Shown piece after piece: positions 58,404 to 64,000 of a DNA stretch of 64,000 bases; position 1 is the first letter of the stretch, and every line of letters starts with the position of its first letter. A program made the translations under genes and the position numbers. The notes under the pieces were generated by a model. The model was given only the letters and a program-made list of their open reading frames with translations, was not told the origin of the DNA and searched no databases. The DNA comes from Macrostomum lignano (lineage: Eukaryota), in the NCBI GenBank assembly GCA_002269645.1, contig NIVC01001265.1:62001-126000 (forward strand), written 5' to 3'.

Positions 58404-61400
58404 ATGAGTTGGCATCAAGCATTGGCACTGGGGCTGCTGCTGGCCTGGCAGTTGGCTGGCACAGCTCTGGCACAGACTGGCACCGGCTGTCCATTCACTG
58501 GAGACGACAGGCGCTACATAATGCCGCTATTCTCAATTGATTCCGGCCAAGACACAACCATGTTCATCACTGACAACACTCTGACCTATAGGCAAGGCTT
58601 CCTGCAGTCATACAAAGCCACTTGCGTCCGCGTGCTCGATAGGAATAGGAAAGAGCCCGAACAGCAGTCCAAGTGGAACATGCTGGTGCTCTATCGCAAT
58701 GATACAACATCCGGGAGCCGGGAGATTTACTTCTGCGCCAAATTCTATTGGCAATCGATTAATATAATCCAGTATCAGCTGAGCGGAGTCTACGCCACCA
58801 CAGCCAGCGATGCCGCTTCCAGGTGCACCATCTTTGAGTCTAATAATCGGTATAGCTTTGCAGTTGTCGGCTTCTCCCAGCAATACCAGATTTACAATTG
58901 TAAAACCATCCTGGAGGGCGTGTTCTGGTTCACTTATCAGCTCAAGGATTCTTCTAGGACACCGTGCGACGCTCTGACTAATAAGATTAAGGCCTGCCAG
59001 AGGGCCGGCTCGCAGGAGCGAGACAGCTACATTGCTACATTCAACTGGGGCCAGTGCCCCGGCCTGGCGGCTACCAAGGACACAGGCCAGCAGAACTATT
59101 ACTGCTACGGAATGTGGACAGACAATAATAATAATGTTTACGCCGCGGTTGGCATGGACCAGGCCGATACTAAGTTCAAATACCGCTGCCTGGTTACTAG
59201 GAAGGATCAGAACGAGCGCAGTATACTCTACCGCTGGGGCATGACCGTCGATGCCGACTGTTCTACCTTGAAATCGCCAGACGAATCCCCGATGAAGCTG
59301 ATACTGCGGCCTACGCTGGACTCCACTGATCAGGTGCCCCAGCTGCGGCCGGGTTGCAATCTGCCTAAGAATTTCACCGGCGTCTGGTTCCAGCCAGCCG
59401 AGTACCAGACGGACGTGTACATCAATGCCACCACCATCAAGTTGCGGCGTCAGCTGAACCAGTACCAGTGGGAGGAGGTGTACTTTGTCTGCAGACAGGT
59501 ACGACTGGCATCTGCTCACTTTATTTCTATTTATTCCACTGTAGGGGATAGCAGTGCTACTGAATAGCCACAGCAGGGGTAGCAGTGCTACTGAATAGCC
59601 ACAGCAGAGGTAGCAGTGCTACTGAATAGCCACAGCAGGGGTAGCAGTGCTACTGATTACTGAATAGCCACAGCAGGGGTAGCAGTGCTACTGATTACTG
59701 AATAGCCACAGCAGGGGTAGCAGTGCTACTGAATAGCCACAGCAGAGGTAGCAGTGCTACTGAATAGCCACAGCAGGGGTAGCAGTGCTACTGAATAGCC
59801 ACAGCAGAGGTAGCAGTGCTACTGAATAGCCACAGCAGAGGTAGCAGTGCTACTGAATAGCCACAGCAGGGGTAGCAGTGCTACTGAATAGCCACAGCAG
59901 AGGTAGCAGTGCTACTGAATAGCCACAGCAGAGGTAGCAGTGCTACTGAATAGCCACAGCAGGGGTAGCAGTGCTACTGAATAGCCACAGCAGGGGTAGC
60001 AGTGCTACTGAATAGCCACAGCAGGGGTAGCAGTGCTACTGAATAGCCACAGCAGAGGTAGCAGTGCTACTGAATAGCCACAGCAGAGGTAGCAGTGCTA
60101 CTGAATAGCCACAGCAGGGGTAGCAGTGCTACTGAATAGCCACAGCAGGGGTAGCAGTGCTACTGTATAGCCACAGCAGAGGTAGCAGTGCTCATCTACA
60201 AAACACAAGAAAACAATTGAATTCCCACAGTCTCAGGAGTCTCGCTACTTAATGGCCGTGGTGACCGAGGGCCGCTGCGACGTGGACTACATCTGCATGC
60301 ACTTTATGCCTCGCCACCACAACATCATCAGATTTCGCATGTCCAAGCCCATTAAGCACGATCCAAATCACAATGAGGACAGTAATTATATGAGTAGGCG
60401 ATTTCGCGAGGCCTGCGACTGGTTCTCCTTCACTATGGACCAGGTTGAGTGGACCTACGAGTACTTTGTACTCAATCCGCCTGTGCCTATTAACTGTCCT
60501 ATTCAAGGCCGCTTTAAATTCAACATGGTTGGCCAGGAGTCCGAGTTCTATTTTACCAAGATTCCTGCCGGAGTGACGCCTCGGCCTCGGTGAGGGCTTC
60601 AATGCTTTTGTGGGAATTTTATTGGGTCCCAAACACATGTGGTTGGCCTTGATCATCTAGGACATTCCTGACAACTCTTATTGTAGTCAGCCATAGTAAT
60701 AAAGTTCTAATTTTTTTATTGATTTTTTAGTTAACCTTGAGATTGAGCTTGAGAAATCCGAAAAAAATTAAGTTCCGTGACCTTGAGATTCAGGGGAATC
60801 CCTACCAAGTAAGTTTGGGTGACCTTGAGATCCAGGAGAATCCCTACCAAATAAGTTTAGGTGACCCTGAGATCCTGGGGTATCCCTACCAAATAAGCGT
60901 GGGTGACCCCGAGAGGGGGTACCAAATAAGCTTGGGTGACATTGAGATCCAGGGGGGGGGAATCCCTACCAAATAAACGTGGGTGACCTTGAGATATCCG
61001 GGGGAATCCTTACCAAATAAGCATGGGTGACCTTGAGATCCGGGGGAATCCCTACCAAATAAGCGTGGGTGACCTTGAGATCCGGGGGAATCCCTACCAA
61101 ATAGGCGTGGGTGACCTTGAGATCCGAGGGAATCCCTACCAAATAAGCGTGGGTGACCTTGAGATCCGGGGGAATCCCTACCAAATAAGCGTGGGTGGCC
61201 CCGAGAGGGGGTACCAAATAAGCGTGGGTGACCTTGAGATCCGGGGGAATTCCTACCAAATAAGCGTGGGTGACATTGAGATCCTGGGAAATTCCGGAAG
61301 AAATCTTAGAAATTCGATTTGAACCAACTGCAGAGTTCAAGTGGTCTGCGATCAGTACTGGGAGTCCGACATGCACGCCTGCATCGGCGAGAACAAGCAG

Positions 61401-61877
61401 CTCAGTCTGGACGTTCAACGCTGCATGCGGCTGGATCACATCGGCCGGCCGCTGTCCGAGTATGACGTGCCCGACAATATTCTCACCTGCGTCGGCTACT
61501 GGATGGAGGACGCCAAATCCTACATGATAACCTTTGACCCGGCCGATCCCGTGGTTGGCAATTTCCGCTGCTGGATCTACAGGCGGACCGGCCTGCGCAC
61601 GTACCGGATGTCGCGCAGCATGGCCTCTAAGTGCATGCCGGACCAGACCAGCTCCAGCGCCTATCCATCCGAGAGTGCCAGCCTTATGCTCGAGCTGACT
61701 GACAACGAGCGGCTATTCGATCAGTGCCCGATGAAATTCGATTTCGGCAAAGATCCGTACACCAACACCTTCCAATTGGAGGTGTTTGCCCACGCTGGCA
61801 GGCTTAGCCCGACTATGCGACCGGCACTGCTAGCCTGTCTGGTTGCCATGGTTACTGCTGCTATGCATTCCATCTAG
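58404..61877 (+). CDS. Secreted, probably GPI-anchored Cys-patterned repeat protein, ~665 aa (DUF7042/7043/7044-like invertebrate family)
   Basis: Exons 58404-59498, 60231-60589, 61334-61877 (GT-AG, phases 0 and 2). Signal peptide MSWHQALALGLLLAWQLAGTALA. Repeated motifs C..G.F.FTY, C.G.W...Y, YRC/FRC and GCNLPKNFTGVW. Hydrophobic C-terminal tail PALLACLVAMVTAAMHSI. The family name is from memory and needs an HMM check. Confidence 0.85.
59548..60192. repeat. 31-bp minisatellite (GTAGCAGTGCTACTGAATAGCCACAGCAG[A/G]G)
   Basis: About 20 copies filling intron 1 of the secreted-protein gene. Confidence 0.95.
60775..61295. repeat. 42-bp minisatellite (GGTGACCTTGAGATCCGGGGGAATCCCTACCAAATAAGCGTG)
   Basis: Fills intron 2 of the same gene. 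Confidence 0.9.
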
Positions 61878-62799
61878 ACATAACATTAGTAGAACTGTTT
61901 CAAATTTATTTACAAATTTTTTGCCTCGTTTTCGCAAATTTTAGCAAAAAAATCTCTAAACGGACGCTAGCGTAAGCAGTAGCTGATGCGCGTATTGTTA
62001 ATATTATTGAATCCGTCTCTGTCGCTGAGCACATTTTAATTTTTTATTGAAGTCAGTAGCAGGTAACGAATGTTATATAATAATTGTTATTTGACTTCAA
62101 CTTTGATAACATCAGAAAAGTTTCTTAATGATAAATTACTCCGTGTACTTTTTATATATGAGTAATAAGGAAATTGCGTGAGCTGCCCTGAATGAAATGT
62201 TTCGTGTACTTGTTTTATGCTGTCTCTCGTGTAAATTTTCTTTAAAATTTGGAATTTGAATTGCTTTGCTACTTAAAGTAGGATCAACTGCTTTATTGTC
62301 AGTAATATCTCATCTACTAGCAGTTGGCTTGGAGCTCAGAATCTGTTTGAAGCATTCCAAACGTGTTTACCAATATATACAATATCACATTCCTTAATTT
62401 AAAAAAAGAATTTTATCGTGTCTTTTTAAATAGCCTGCTCTAAAGCTGATAAGAGTACAAAAGTTTTAATTAATCTAACTGTTTTACTATTCTGTACTTT
62501 AATAGGCTGTTAATTTATAGTGGAGTACGCTAATCTCTGTTCTCTGCTCCATTGTGTCTGCAAACAGTAAAATATATAAATAAACTGCATATTGCTACAT
62601 GTTTTTTCTACCCCATCAGCTACGTATAGTAATTCAATATTGGCCTTTCTATACAGTCTCCGGTATTTAAGCGCGTAAATTAAAATTCTTTGATTTGCAT
62701 TCTCTTCATAATTCATTTGTTTTATTATGCAGCAGAACTCCGTAGGGTGGGCTGTTTATTGATCTGTTTTTGTAGCCAACAAACACTTGGAGATCGCAA

Positions 62800-63745
62800 A
62801 CAATTAATCAACAATCTATGGGAATCGCCAACAATTTCCTTGAGAATCAACAATCTATGGGATTCGCCAACAATTTCCTTGAGAATCAACAATCTATATG
62901 AATTGCTAACAATCTCCTTGAGAATCAACAATCTATAGGAATCGCCAACAATCTCCTTAAGAATCAACCATCTATGGAATTCGCCAACTATCTCTTTGAG
63001 AATCAACAATCTATGGGAATCGCCAACAATCTCTTTGAGAATCAACAGTGTACCAGAATCGCCAACAATTTCCTTGAGAATCAACAATCTATGGGAATCG
63101 CCAACAATCTCTTTGAGAATCAACAGTGTACCAGAATCGCCAACAATTTCATTGAGAATCAACAGTGTACGAGCTACCAGAATCGCCAACAATTTCCTTG
63201 AGAATCAACAGTGTACCAGAATCGCCAACAATTTCCTTGAGAATCAACAATCTATAGAAATCGCCAACAATCTCCTTGAGAATCAACAATGTACCAGAAT
63301 CGCCAACAATTTCCATGAGAATCAACAGTGAATCAGAATCGCTCAAAACCTCTGAGAATGCTAACAGCCTTTTACGAGTAGAATCGCCAACAATCTCTCT
63401 GAAAATCAACTTATTACTCGTAAAATCGCCAACAATCGCTATGAAAAGCGCAAAAAATCATAACCGCCTACAATCTCTATGAGAATCGCAAAAAATCTCC
63501 TTGAGAATCGCCAACAATTTCTATGAGAATCGCCAATAATCCTCTTGATAATCACTAAAAATCTTGAGAATCGCCTACAACCTGAGAATCCCACAATCTA
63601 TGAGCATCGCCAAAATCTTTTAAATCGCCAAAAATCTATCTATGACAATCGCTAATAATCTATGAGAATCGCCAATAATCCTCTTAAGAATCGCCCTCAA
63701 CCTCAATGAGAGTCGCCAACCATCTTGAGAATCAACAATCTATGA
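62800..63745. repeat. 39-bp minisatellite (GAGAATCAACAATCTATGGGAATCGCCAACAATTTCCTT), decaying rightwards
   Basis: Visible copies. Confidence 0.9.
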
Positions 63746-64000
63746 TAACGGCAAATAATCTTGAGAAATCAGCAGTGTCTTGTATTTAACAATGTCGCTA
63801 AAAACTGGGATGGCTAGAGCCGTCTATTCCAAAACAGAGTGGAATGTAAAAGTACAGCATGTCAATAATTCTTTTAAGCAATGATGACGTCTACAAGCAG
63901 CGTTTATTAGCAATAGTAACAATATGGTATAACATTAGTAATATAATAAACTACAGGTATTGCACGTAAATTTTATAGTGAGGGCTTGCAATCAAGCAAT

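Noticed and set aside
58608-59519. 303-aa minus-strand ORF
   Set aside because: Antisense shadow of the GC-rich exon 1 of the secreted-protein gene. The same applies to 42095-42538 and 4280-4729.

Overview
Eukaryotic (metazoan) genomic DNA with GC-rich exons and GT-AG introns. Introns are either short (about 75-100 nt) or long, and most long ones are swollen by their own minisatellite. This fits a repeat-rich invertebrate such as the flatworm Macrostomum (inference, not verified). Five multi-exon genes were assembled by hand with phase-consistent splice sites: an SLC35F3/F4-like transporter (-, runs off the left edge), TTLL9 (-), PACSIN/syndapin (+), STK32/YANK kinase (+) and a secreted, probably GPI-anchored Cys-patterned protein (+). 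Mobile DNA includes two decayed mariners (one Hsmar2-like with both TIRs and absent from the ORF track), a 1.74-kb non-autonomous LTR element with a 5-bp TSD and two PBS copies, two tRNA-derived SINE copies, two Helitron-like elements and two copies of a ~295-bp hAT-type MITE. Highlights: (1) the MITE carries an ~80-nt 28S rRNA fragment (helix 69 region) whose R2/I-PpoI target hexamer is specifically scrambled; (2) the STK32 exon carrying the catalytic Asp is bracketed by two crossing pairs of inverted tandem arrays; (3) a 39-copy acidic 24-mer sits in frame at an exon start; (4) long introns show an apparent excess of lengths divisible by 3. Most long ORFs in the supplied track are translations of tandem repeats.
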